A stretch of 64,000 nt of DNA from a virus (Duplodnaviria > Caudoviricetes). Under the pieces are notes generated by a model. The model saw only the letters and a program-made list of their open reading frames with translations, did not search any database and had not been told where the DNA came from. Location of the stretch: positions 64,001 to 128,000 of the IMG/VR virus record IMGVR_UViG_2823592041_000002. The stretch is one strand, 5' to 3'. A program made the position numbers and the translations under genes. Below, piece by piece: positions 29,132 through 39,300 of this stretch (positions are counted from its first letter, which is position 1; each line of letters opens with the position of its first letter).

Positions 29132-30256
29132 ATGACGAATGTTAAATTTTTAACTTTTACGGATGCAGAATTTGAATCGTACATTGACGGTCCGTATGTA
29201 AAAAAGCTTTGGGATAGATACACCAGTCTTATGGATTTCAAGGACTGTATTCCCGATTTGGAGGATTCGGAACTTGTAAAGATTTATTGGATGTCTAAGG
29301 ACACAATATTGGAAGATTCCCATCTACATAGTACAGTTTTCAGACAAGCTTGTATTCGAGATGAGGATGTTGCAACCAATGAAAGTAGAGTCGCAACTCT
29401 ACGTGGCTCGTTTATTAGATCTGGATGGAGTCCAAATCCAGAAGAATCTATGCCTATCGTCGCATCCGATGGGCCAGGAACCCCATTAGAGTTTCAAGAG
29501 GGTCGAGGAAGAGTTCAGGCTAATATTGAGGGTGAAACACCTCAAGGTTGGATACCTGTTGCAGAGTTTAGAAAAAATAACCTAATACGAGATTCTCTTA
29601 CCAACAGTTTAAGATATGGTTTTTTAACCAATATAGTTGATAAACCAAAAACTGGTGCAAAGATGGATGACTACGTACCAGCTCTTATGAAAGCAATTAA
29701 AGCTGGTGTCGTGAATGAAAACTTGGAAGATGTGAAAAAATACCTGATAAATGAGTTATTGTTTTCAAAAGTGTTTCCTCACACTGCATCCGCAACCAAA
29801 ACAGCTAAAAAAGCTTTGAAGAGAAAATCTGAGTCTGAGTTCGTTTTAGAAAGGATGGAACTGGATGATGTTAAAGTTTGGGGTTCACGAAACCCTAAAA
29901 TAAAAAATCTATCTGGTAAAGTATTTTACATTCGTTCCAACAGTAGAAAGGCTTTAAATTCTGCCTTGGAAGAAATTTTACATTACTTGCTTAACAATCC
30001 TTATGAACATGTTAATATTGTGTTCTACACAACTGAGATAGTATACTCAAAAGCGAAAGAAGAAGTTCAGAAAGCTCAAAAACGAGTTGATGATTGGTGG
30101 AATAACTTTCATAAAGTTGCTTTTGCGAGTTTCTTTAGTGGTTCTAACCTTGTAGTCATTCCAGAAGCTAGGTACACTATTTTGGGATGTGTTCCTCAAT
30201 TTGTACTTAAACATGATATTAATGGGAACTCATTAGTCCCAATTAAACAGTACTAA
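29132..30256 (+). CDS. Hypothetical protein with putative ParB/Srx-like N-terminal domain
   Basis: L..SF...GW......PIV........EGRGRVQA resembles the ParB GxxRxxA arginine patch. Confidence 0.5.
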   Translation: MTNVKFLTFTDAEFESYIDGPYVKKLWDRYTSLMDFKDCIPDLEDSELVKIYWMSKDTILEDSHLHSTVFRQACIRDEDVATNESRVATLRGSFIRSGWSPNPEESMPIVASDGPGTPLEFQEGRGRVQANIEGETPQGWIPVAEFRKNNLIRDSLTNSLRYGFLTNIVDKPKTGAKMDDYVPALMKAIKAGVVNENLEDVKKYLINELLFSKVFPHTASATKTAKKALKRKSESEFVLERMELDDVKVWGSRNPKIKNLSGKVFYIRSNSRKALNSALEEILHYLLNNPYEHVNIVFYTTEIVYSKAKEEVQKAQKRVDDWWNNFHKVAFASFFSGSNLVVIPEARYTILGCVPQFVLKHDINGNSLVPIKQY

Positions 30257-30263
30257 TGCCATT

Positions 30264-30296
30264 GAGAGAGTGATCAACTTGATCACTCTCTCTTTT
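30264..30296 (+). terminator. Terminator / perfect 29-bp palindrome
   Basis: GAGAGAGTGATCAA-C-TTGATCACTCTCTC followed by TTTT. Confidence 0.8.
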
Positions 30297-30411
30297 ACTA
30301 GCCTTTTAATTAATAGTGTCATTTCTAATAGGCATAATTCTTGATATTTCACCCTCAAATATAGTATAATAGAATATAGTGAGAGACTAAATAGTTAGTG
30401 AGAGTTTTGAA

Positions 30412-31692
30412 ATGAGTTATTCTATACGAAAATATTTGAAAGAAGATGTCCTTGTTGAAGCAAAAGTAAACAAGAATTTACATCTTGAACACCTTGAAGA
30501 CAATCCACTCAATTTTGGTTATACTGGAATATCTAAAACAATAGATTTCCTAAACGCAACTATTGGTTTATTGTCTGGTTCTGCAAACAAGAGTGTTGAT
30601 GTCACTGTCAAATATGATGGTGCTCCTGCAATATTCTGTGGTACTGACCCAGAGGATGGTAAGTTTTTTGTTGGAACCAAATCAGTATTCTCCAAGAATG
30701 CTAAACTTGTTAAACGGGAGTCCGATTTAGACAAATATGGGTTCTCTGGACAACTCAAAGACAAACTATCCATTGCTCTCAAAGAACTCCCTAAATTGGG
30801 TATTGAAGGGGTCTTACAGGGTGATATGATGTTCACATCTGATGACATCACAACCAAAAAGATAAATGGTGAACCTTACATCACCTTTCAACCAAATACT
30901 ATCATGTATGCTGTTCCTAGCAATTCTGATCTTGCTTCTAAAATGTTGAAGTCTAAAATCGGGATCATCTTTCATACTACATATTCTGGTGATAAACTGG
31001 AAGACATGAAAGCATCTTTTGGTGCTAATGTTTCAAAATTGAACAAAGTCAGCTCAGTTTGGGTTGATGATGCATTTTATAAAGATGTAACTGGATCACT
31101 TTTCTCTGAAAAAGAAACTTCCGATTTAGAGAAAAAGATTGCTAAACTCCAAAGAGTTGGTAATGCTATTAGTAAGAAGTCTATGAATAATATTCTTTCC
31201 GTTCACGATGAATTGAAAACTTCTGAACTTGGTGCTGGATTGAAAACATATTTCAACTCAAATGTTAGAAGAGGTATTTTGCCAAAGTCTGGTGTTACTG
31301 GAGTGAATAACTTCCTTATTCATTTTGGAAATCATTTTGAAGATAAAGTTATCGCAAAAGTAAAACAAGAAAAGACAAAGAATCAGAAGAAGGAAAGAAA
31401 ACAACAACTCCTAAACCTTCTAATCAAGGAAAAAGTTGCACTAGCTAACCTATTAGAATTCATGTTATTGACGATAGATTTGAAGAACTCTGTGATAAGA
31501 AAATTAGAAACAGGAGTTAATTCTAAAATGGAAACTTTTGTAGTTGATAATAAAGGTATCCGAGTTACAAAACCAGAAGGATTTGTTGCTATTGATAAAC
31601 TATCTGGTGGTGCTGTAAAGTTCGTTGACAGACTTGAATTCTCCCAATTAAATTTCACAGTTGACAAGAACTGGTCTAAAGTCTCATCGTAG
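30412..31692 (+). CDS. RNA/DNA-ligase-superfamily nucleotidyltransferase (DUF6267-like), probable head-internal protein
   Basis: HLEHLED, VKYDG (motif I KxDG), QGD, EGFV (motif IV), VKFVDR (motif V); CTAAATA late-type promoter at 30387; N-terminus ends in LKE/LVE. Confidence 0.7.
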   Translation: MSYSIRKYLKEDVLVEAKVNKNLHLEHLEDNPLNFGYTGISKTIDFLNATIGLLSGSANKSVDVTVKYDGAPAIFCGTDPEDGKFFVGTKSVFSKNAKLVKRESDLDKYGFSGQLKDKLSIALKELPKLGIEGVLQGDMMFTSDDITTKKINGEPYITFQPNTIMYAVPSNSDLASKMLKSKIGIIFHTTYSGDKLEDMKASFGANVSKLNKVSSVWVDDAFYKDVTGSLFSEKETSDLEKKIAKLQRVGNAISKKSMNNILSVHDELKTSELGAGLKTYFNSNVRRGILPKSGVTGVNNFLIHFGNHFEDKVIAKVKQEKTKNQKKERKQQLLNLLIKEKVALANLLEFMLLTIDLKNSVIRKLETGVNSKMETFVVDNKGIRVTKPEGFVAIDKLSGGAVKFVDRLEFSQLNFTVDKNWSKVSS

Positions 31693-31700
31693 TATAAATA
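31693..31700 (+). promoter_or_regulatory. T4-type late promoter TATAAATA
   Basis: Exact consensus immediately after the 30412 ORF stop. Confidence 0.75.
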
Positions 31701-31724
31701 GTTATAAATTATTAGGAGAGTAAT

Positions 31725-32231
31725 ATGACAGTTTATAGACCTTTCACTGAGAAACTTGGAGCATCAGACCCAACAACTTTTATCGGTAATGCCGGAGAAC
31801 TTTTTTACAATGCGGATACTCAACAAGTTTTCATTTCCGATGGTTCAACTCCTGGAGGTATTCCAATTGCTGGTGGTGGTGGGGTTCAATCTTCAATAAC
31901 AGATGGAACAAGCACTTTATCTTTTGATAGTAATAATAGAATTTCAATAGATACTCACATTATACCAGACACTAATGCTGCTTATGATTTAGGTAACGCT
32001 GAATACAAAATAAGACACTTATTTTTAAGTGACAATAGTTTAACTATGGGTGATACAACTCTAAGTGAACAGAATATTATCAGAAGTGTCGAAATTGGTG
32101 ATGAACCAGCACCAAACGTTCCTAATGAGCCTGGGAGAAAAGGTGATATTAGGATTAGTCCTGAACACCTATATATCTGTGTTGAAGAGAATCAATGGAG
32201 AAGAGTTTCTTTAGATCCTGCTTGGGTGTAA
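31725..32231 (+). CDS. Short fibre-like virion protein
   Basis: G..GELFY......ISDGSTPGG, HIIPDTNAAYDLG.AE.KIRHLFLS, G.KGDI....HLYICV..N.W.R motifs of T4-like fibre segments. Confidence 0.6.
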   Translation: MTVYRPFTEKLGASDPTTFIGNAGELFYNADTQQVFISDGSTPGGIPIAGGGGVQSSITDGTSTLSFDSNNRISIDTHIIPDTNAAYDLGNAEYKIRHLFLSDNSLTMGDTTLSEQNIIRSVEIGDEPAPNVPNEPGRKGDIRISPEHLYICVEENQWRRVSLDPAWV

Positions 32232-32234
32232 TAT

Positions 32235-32948
32235 ATGAAAAAGATTGTAATGATATTTGGTAGATTTAATCCACCTACAACAGGACATGAGTTGTTAGTG
32301 GACAAGAGTTTTCGTCACGCAAAGAAACTTGGAGCCGAATACGCAATTTTTACATCTAAATCAAATGACCCAAAAAAGAACCCACTATCCATAGATGATA
32401 AAATCAAGTTTATGAAATTATCATTCCCAAAACATAAAAACCGTATACACCATCCAGATGTTATAGGAATTAGAACACCTGCTGAAGTATTAGAATGGTT
32501 GAGTGAAAATGGATATGAAGAACTTCATTTTGTTGTTGGTTCTGATAGAGTAAAATCCTTTGAAGGGATGATAAACTCCATGCAAAAGAAAGGGTACACA
32601 AAGTTTAAGAAAGTTGTTGTTGTATCTGCTGGAGAAAGAGATCCAGATGCTGATGATGTTTCTGGAATGAGTGCATCTAAGATGAGGGGGTTTGTTAAGA
32701 AAGGTGATTTTGATTCTTTCGCAAAAGGCACTCCCATGAATTCTAAAGATGCTAGGAAAATGTTTGATAAACTAAAAGAGGGGATGAAACTCAGTGAAAG
32801 TTATATAACTGAAGTTTTAAAACCATCTGACCCTCTTGAGAAATGGATAAAGGATTTTCTAAAATCTGATGATCCAAGATTTGATGATAAATCAAAAGAG
32901 AAAATAATACAAATGGCTACAGCTGCATATTATGCTGCACAGGAATAA
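32235..32948 (+). CDS. HIGH-family (cytidyltransferase/NMNAT-like) nucleotidyltransferase with an extra C-terminal module
   Basis: FGRFNPPTTGH, KNPL, VVGSDRV, SAGERDPD, MSASKMR; after LSE/ITE a WIKDF..SD.P.F..KSK...MA.AAYY module. Confidence 0.85.
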   Translation: MKKIVMIFGRFNPPTTGHELLVDKSFRHAKKLGAEYAIFTSKSNDPKKNPLSIDDKIKFMKLSFPKHKNRIHHPDVIGIRTPAEVLEWLSENGYEELHFVVGSDRVKSFEGMINSMQKKGYTKFKKVVVVSAGERDPDADDVSGMSASKMRGFVKKGDFDSFAKGTPMNSKDARKMFDKLKEGMKLSESYITEVLKPSDPLEKWIKDFLKSDDPRFDDKSKEKIIQMATAAYYAAQE

Positions 32949-32958
32949 GGAGAATAAG

Positions 32959-34551
32959 ATGCCAGATATAAAAGATATGGAAGGCCCTGTAAGATTTAAG
33001 AAGGGTGTTGAATTATATTTTGACCCTAAAAAAGATATGTTTTATGACCCAAAGAAGAAAAAGTATGTTTCCGAAAAGGATATCTTAAAACTTGAAGATG
33101 TTGATTTCGATGAATTGGAAACAATAGAAGAAGGTGTATATGACCCTTCAATCTTCAAAGCTATATTTATGGCTGGAGGGCCTGGCAGCGGTAAATCTTA
33201 TGTATCTAATAAAGTGACAGCTGGACTTGGAATGAAGGTTGTAAATAGTGACGACATTTTTGAGATTTTCTTGAAGAAGGCTGGAATGACTACAACAGCA
33301 AAAGATATTTTTTCTGATAAAGGTCAAGAGATTAGAGGTAATGCTAAGAGTGTCACTTCTAAAAGAATGAAACTTTATTTGGAAGGTAGATTAGGTTTGC
33401 TTATAGATGGTACTGGTAAAGACTACTCAAACATTAAAAAGAAAGCTGATAGACTTAGAGACTTAGGATATGACACTTATATGGTTTTCGTCAATACATC
33501 TTTGGAAATCGCACAAGAAAGGAATGCTGCGAGGTCTAGAAAATTAGACCCAAAAGAAGTTGAAAAAATGTGGAGAGCTGTTCAAGAAAATATTGGATTG
33601 TTTCAGAAATATTTTGGTGCTAGAAATATGATTATTGTAGATAATAATGCTGCTGATGAGAAATATTTAACAGAAGTTTATAAACAAGTTAAAAAATTGA
33701 TAAAGAAACCTGCACAGAATAGATTAGCTAGAGATTGGATTTCTAAAGCTTTAGATGATAAAGTTAGAAAAGAGAGTGTTGAACTTGAAGAAGTTGACCT
33801 TTTTGAAAAATCTGAAGAATACCAAAAGTTCTTTCAATCTGCTTTGAAAAAGTTTGGTATAGACTCACCTGCTGAATTAGACGACGAGAAGAAAAAAGAA
33901 TTCTTTGACTATATTGATAAGAATTGGGAAGGTGAGAACGAAGAGGACGAAGAAGAAACTATTGAAGAACTATCACTTGAAGAAGCAATCGCAGAAGCAA
34001 AAGAGTGGAAAGTTGGAGCTCCTGTATTCATAGTAATAAGTTATCATACTAATGGAAAACACTCCACCACAGTTCTTAGGACAAAGGAGAAAGCAATGAA
34101 GTTTGCAAAAGATGAAGAATATCATGAAGATGATGTTAAAGGAACTGCTGTTCTTGATATGAAAGTTGGAAAGTTTATTGATAAGAAGACTGGAAAGCAC
34201 ATCAAGGAAGACGTTGAACTTTCCGAAAAGATGCAAAAATATGTAGATGCTTGTGGGAAAGATTTCACAAACTATTCCCTCAAAGAAGGAAAGAAAGATT
34301 ATGAAATTTATCATAAAACTTTCACATCCGCAATTGAAGAAGTAGAGAAGTTTGCTGAGAAGAATGGATATGAAATAGACTCAGATGAAATGTTCAATAA
34401 AGTTGGCACTGGCCCTAAAAAACCTTCTGTCGGTAAAACTAATGAATATCATCTGACACTAATGAAAAATGGTAAAGAAGATAGAAAGAAATTACATTTT
34501 CAAGTTTATGGATTAAAATCCCAGTATGAACTGAACATGTACATCTCATAG
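32959..34551 (+). CDS. Multi-module protein containing a P-loop kinase (zeta-toxin/PNK-like); probable head-internal polyprotein
   Basis: KAIFMAGGPGSGKS, NSD, IDGTG, RN..R.R lid; four further small modules separated by acidic linkers; AAGGAG SD before ATG 32959. Confidence 0.75.
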   Translation: MPDIKDMEGPVRFKKGVELYFDPKKDMFYDPKKKKYVSEKDILKLEDVDFDELETIEEGVYDPSIFKAIFMAGGPGSGKSYVSNKVTAGLGMKVVNSDDIFEIFLKKAGMTTTAKDIFSDKGQEIRGNAKSVTSKRMKLYLEGRLGLLIDGTGKDYSNIKKKADRLRDLGYDTYMVFVNTSLEIAQERNAARSRKLDPKEVEKMWRAVQENIGLFQKYFGARNMIIVDNNAADEKYLTEVYKQVKKLIKKPAQNRLARDWISKALDDKVRKESVELEEVDLFEKSEEYQKFFQSALKKFGIDSPAELDDEKKKEFFDYIDKNWEGENEEDEEETIEELSLEEAIAEAKEWKVGAPVFIVISYHTNGKHSTTVLRTKEKAMKFAKDEEYHEDDVKGTAVLDMKVGKFIDKKTGKHIKEDVELSEKMQKYVDACGKDFTNYSLKEGKKDYEIYHKTFTSAIEEVEKFAEKNGYEIDSDEMFNKVGTGPKKPSVGKTNEYHLTLMKNGKEDRKKLHFQVYGLKSQYELNMYIS

Positions 34552-34559
34552 GAAATAAA

Positions 34560-36002
34560 ATGGATCGAATATCACAATATAAAAAATATCTTAATAATGG
34601 AAAAGAAGATGTTGTGATAGAAGAGGAAGAAATACTCAAACCTTCTGAAATCAAAATATTAGTTCTTACATCTGCAACGGATAGTGAAGAACCTACTGTA
34701 AATAGATTGGAAAAGGTTTGTAAAAAGAGGAGTATTGAACTTCACAGGATTTCTTCTGATAAAGCTTATGTATCCAAGAAGAGTGAATCTAAAGAAACCC
34801 TGATCATTTATAATTATGATGGTGAGGGTAATTCTATGGAAGTAAACTCCAATGATAATATAGTTTGTATTGCCAGAAGAACTGTTGTAACAAACAGAAA
34901 TGCTGGAATATTACATAAGATGTTATCTGATCATGGAGTTTTCTGTATTAACTCCCCAAGTAGTGTAAGAACTGCAAGCAATAAGTTTAACGCATATATC
35001 AACTTTATTAATAATGACATCAAAACACCAAGAACTTGTTTAGTGAGTGATGTGAAATACATTGACGATGCTCTCAAAGAAGTCGGTGGAAAGTTTCCTG
35101 TGATTCTAAAATTTACAGAAGGTCATGGTGGAAAAGGTGTTATGAAACTTGATTCCAGAGACAGTTTAGTTTCCGTTATTCAAGCATTAAGAAGTGATGA
35201 AGAAAATAAAAAAGAGTTAATCCTACAAGAATATAAAGAAGTCAAAGACGATAGAAGAATTCTTGTATTAAATGGTAAGGTGATTGCTGCTGCAAAAAGA
35301 AAGAAAATGAAAAGAGATTTCAGATCAAATGTTTCTTTGGGTGCGGAAGTAGAACCTTATAAACCTACAGAGGAAGAAATAGAGATTGCTGTTAAAACTG
35401 CAAAGTCCGTTGATTGTTATTATTGTGGTGTTGATATCATAGAATACAAAGATGAGTATTTTGTTTTAGAAGTTAATCCATCGCCTGGCTCTAAGTCAAG
35501 TTATTGGGATTTAGATAAAAAGAAAAATATCAACGGAACCGAATTGATTGCAAAACTTGTAGATGGTATAATGGATAAAGATGACTGGAAACATGAGACA
35601 AAAGAAGTCGGAGTTATAGAGGTTGTTGATGTCTTAGAAAAGGGTATTGAGCCAATGACTGCTAAAATGGACACTGGAAATAGTGGATATAATGTTATTG
35701 GTGTTGATAAATTACAAGTTAAAAATAAGACTGCTGAGTTTTATATAAAAGGGTTCGATAAAAAAATAACAAAAAAAGTTCTACCTAAAAAATCTTTGAT
35801 TAAAAATAATGGAAGTAAGACAGAAGAAAGGTATTGTGTAAGTTTTGATATAAAGGTTGGAGAAAAGGTGTATAAAGATGTACATTTTTCTCTTTCAGAT
35901 AGAGATAATATGAATCACACAATATTGATTTCTAGAAAATTTATGATTGATTCTAAAATGAGTGTGAATCCAAAGAAAAAGTTTGTTTTAGGGGAATTAT
36001 AA
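34560..36002 (+). CDS. RimK-like ATP-grasp ligase fused to a retropepsin-like (RimB-type) aspartic protease
   Basis: NKF, TPRT, FPVILK..G.GG.GV, LQEY, DFRSNVSLG, GVDII, LEVN.SPG; C-terminal AKMDTGN, LSDR..M...ILISR. Confidence 0.88.
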   Translation: MDRISQYKKYLNNGKEDVVIEEEEILKPSEIKILVLTSATDSEEPTVNRLEKVCKKRSIELHRISSDKAYVSKKSESKETLIIYNYDGEGNSMEVNSNDNIVCIARRTVVTNRNAGILHKMLSDHGVFCINSPSSVRTASNKFNAYINFINNDIKTPRTCLVSDVKYIDDALKEVGGKFPVILKFTEGHGGKGVMKLDSRDSLVSVIQALRSDEENKKELILQEYKEVKDDRRILVLNGKVIAAAKRKKMKRDFRSNVSLGAEVEPYKPTEEEIEIAVKTAKSVDCYYCGVDIIEYKDEYFVLEVNPSPGSKSSYWDLDKKKNINGTELIAKLVDGIMDKDDWKHETKEVGVIEVVDVLEKGIEPMTAKMDTGNSGYNVIGVDKLQVKNKTAEFYIKGFDKKITKKVLPKKSLIKNNGSKTEERYCVSFDIKVGEKVYKDVHFSLSDRDNMNHTILISRKFMIDSKMSVNPKKKFVLGEL

Positions 36003-36005
36003 ATA
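35998..36005 (+). promoter_or_regulatory. T4-type late promoter TATAAATA
   Basis: Exact consensus upstream of 36038. Confidence 0.75.
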
Positions 36006-36037
36006 AACTTATAAAAGTTTTATAAAAGGAGAATAAA

Positions 36038-36289
36038 ATGAGTGGATGGTCAAATGAAGACGGCGCAAAAAAACCTAGTTACTTAACAGATGATGAGAAA
36101 GCAAGATGCTATTGTGATGATAGAGGTTGGGTTTTAGTCCATCTAGATGGTACTGAAGAAGTGTTGGTTTCTGCTAACAGTTTGAATAATACAGATGAAA
36201 AGGGTCATGGATTTGATGAAACATCTGGTGATTCTTTAGATCCAGATAGAGACCCAGCACATGCAGAAAAAGATAATCAATTATCATAA
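36038..36289 (+). CDS. Small virion protein equal to the stand-alone N-terminal domain of 36326..40882
   Basis: WS.EDG..P..L.D.....RCYCDDRGWVLVH.DG.EEV.V.AN.LN...E.GHGF is shared with the next gene. Confidence 0.7.
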   Translation: MSGWSNEDGAKKPSYLTDDEKARCYCDDRGWVLVHLDGTEEVLVSANSLNNTDEKGHGFDETSGDSLDPDRDPAHAEKDNQLS

Positions 36290-36325
36290 AAAATATTAAA
36301 AAATAAATTCAAATAGAGGTGTAAA

Positions 36326-39300
36326 ATGGTTAAGAAGTTATGGTCCAGAGAGGAAGATGGCCAACTCCCAAATTGGCTAAATGATGAACAAAAAAGTAGA
36401 TGTTATTGTGATGATAGAGGTTGGGTATTAGTCCACAAAGATGGTAATGAAGAGGTTATCGTAGCAGCTAACACTTTGAATGATCCCTCTGAAAGGGGTC
36501 ATGGATTTGAAGATGGTAAATCTAAAGATGCCGACAGGTCAGGTGCTCATAATGACGTTTCATATTCTCTATCAAGGTCTAGTCAAATCATTAATGAAGG
36601 AGCTTTTGCTACAGTAACCCTAACAACTACAGGTGTTGCTGATAATACTCAAGTTCCGTACACTATAGAAGGTGTTGAAGCTGAAGATTTACAAGGTGGA
36701 CAATTATCTGGAAATTTTTTAGTTTCTGGGGGAACTGCCACTTTAAACTTAACAGCTGTCAATGATTCACTAACTGAAGGACCGCAAACTATAACCGTTA
36801 GATTGGGTACTGGTGAATTTATTACGGTTGATATTAACGACACATCAAAAGCACCATCTTACATTCTTTCAGCTCCTGGTAGTGTTAATGAAGGTGAACC
36901 CTTCACAATAACACTTACTACCGAAAACTTTAATGACGGTCCAGTTGCTTATACAATAACAGGAATTGATGACAACGACTTAGATATAGCTGGAGGTTCA
37001 GCGGGTAGAACGGGAAATATTAATGTATCAACCAATACAGGTTCTATAACATTAAAACTTAAAGAAGATTTATCTTTCAATGAAGGTGATGAAACTTTAA
37101 CTTTAACATTAGATGGTGACTTAGATACAATTGATGTAACCGTAGTTGACTCTTCAACAGCGTCACCAACTTATACATTATCAGCGCCTGAAACCATTAA
37201 TGAAGGTCAAGACCTAACAATAACACTTACTACCGAAGACGTTAATGACGGTCCAGTTCCATATACAATAACAGGAATTCAAAACGCAGATTTAGATATA
37301 GATGGAGGTTCAGCAGGGTTAAGTGGAGAATTCACAGTCTCTGGCAGTCCATCCTCTGATAGTATAACATTAAAACTTAAAGAAGATTTATCAGACAATG
37401 AGAATAACGAAAATTTAGTGCTAACTTTGAATAACGGTGAAGATTCAGTATCAGTTACGATTGTTGACACCTCCAAAGCACCAGTCTTCAATTTAACTTC
37501 AAACCCATTGGTTAGTGTTAATGAGGGTGCTTCCCTTACAATAAATTTATCAACCGAGAACTTTTCAGGAAATACAGTTCCATATTTCGTGTCAGGTATA
37601 GATGATAATGATTTAGCTTCTGGTTCAGCTTCACTTAATTCGAATTTCAGTCTAGATGGTAATGGGGATGGTAGTTTAATATTCAACATTAAAGAAGATG
37701 CAACAACAGAGGGTGTTGATAATTTTGTTCTTGAGTTATTGGGCCACGGTCAGCAAATACAAGTAGATATCAATGACACTTCTCTAACCCCAGTTTACAC
37801 TCTATCAACATCACCCCAATTTTCAGTTGATGAGGGTCTTGATTTGGTAGTAACACTACAGACTCAGAATGTCCCTGATGGGGATTATACGTATAATATT
37901 TCTGGTACAGGTTTTGATTCGGATGATTTGAAACCTACTTCAGCAGGTAGAACAGGGAATTTCACAGTCTCTGGCAGTCCATCTACAGACTCCATAACAT
38001 TACAACTGAAAAATGATTACACTTCAAACGAAGGTGATGAAACAATAACTATAGCATTAAATAATGGAGGAGATTCTATTCAAGTTGATGTTATAGATAC
38101 TTCTAACATGGGTTCTACTGATAGAGGTCAATTACCTGTTGTAAACGATAACCTTAAACATTCTTCTGTATCTGATGATGCTCAATATGCAGCATTAGGT
38201 GCTACTTCTTCAGATGGTTCTGTGGAAATATTTAAATATAATGGTACTGGATGGGATTTATTACAAACACTTCCTAAACCAATGGCAGATGCGTTCGATG
38301 CTCATGGTATGGCTACAGCATTCAATTCGGATGGTACAGTTTTAGCAGTTGGTGATGGTTGGGCTAATACCTATAGAGGTAGAGTTTTTATCTATAGGAG
38401 AGATGTAAATAGTGGTTTATTTGGACCAGACCCTGAGCATATAATCGATGGTCCTCACAATGCAACCGCATATTTCGGTCATGGGGTTGCCCTTACTGGT
38501 GATGGTAATCAATTATTTGTCGTTTGTACTCAGACAAACAAAATTTACAGATACGATTATAATAATTCAGAGTGGTCATCTTCCCCAGATTACACACTAA
38601 ACACACCAGTCAAATATAGGGATGTTGATGTTTCATCCGATGGTTTAATGCTAGTTGCTGCTGGTGGCCACGGAGCTCCATTTGAAGCTAGAGTTTGGAC
38701 TTGGGATGGATCATCTTTTACAGACCACTCTGTAGTATCTATGCCAACCCAAAATGCTACTCTCGGTGTGGCAATCTCAAACAAAAAACTCTTAGCCGTT
38801 GGCCAAGTTGGAACCGTTAATCAAGAGAATAGAGTTACACTTTTTGATTTGGATGGAACAACATGGACACCTAGACCATTAGAATCATGGCAAACCAGTG
38901 CAATAGTTGGAAGTTGGACTATCAACAAAGGTTTTAAGATTGCTCTATCTGAACCTAAAAGTGATGGTAAGGTTCTTGTTGTTGACCATGAGGGTCAAAT
39001 GCGTGATATTCTTGCAACAACTGATACATACTCAATTTCTGGCCCGAGCAGTATCAATGAAGGTCAAGATTTAACTTTAACATTGACTGCACTTGGAATT
39101 GATGGTCAAGTTGGATATTCTATCTCAGGAATCACGGATGCTGATTTAGATATAGCAGGTGGTTCAGATTCAGTGGATGGCAATTTCCAAGTTTCTGATA
39201 GTGCAGGTTCTATAACCCTTAAAATAAAAGAAGATGCGAACTCATCTGATGGCTCTTTAGTGTTAACTCTTGACAATGGGGAAGCATCCAAGACTGTATC

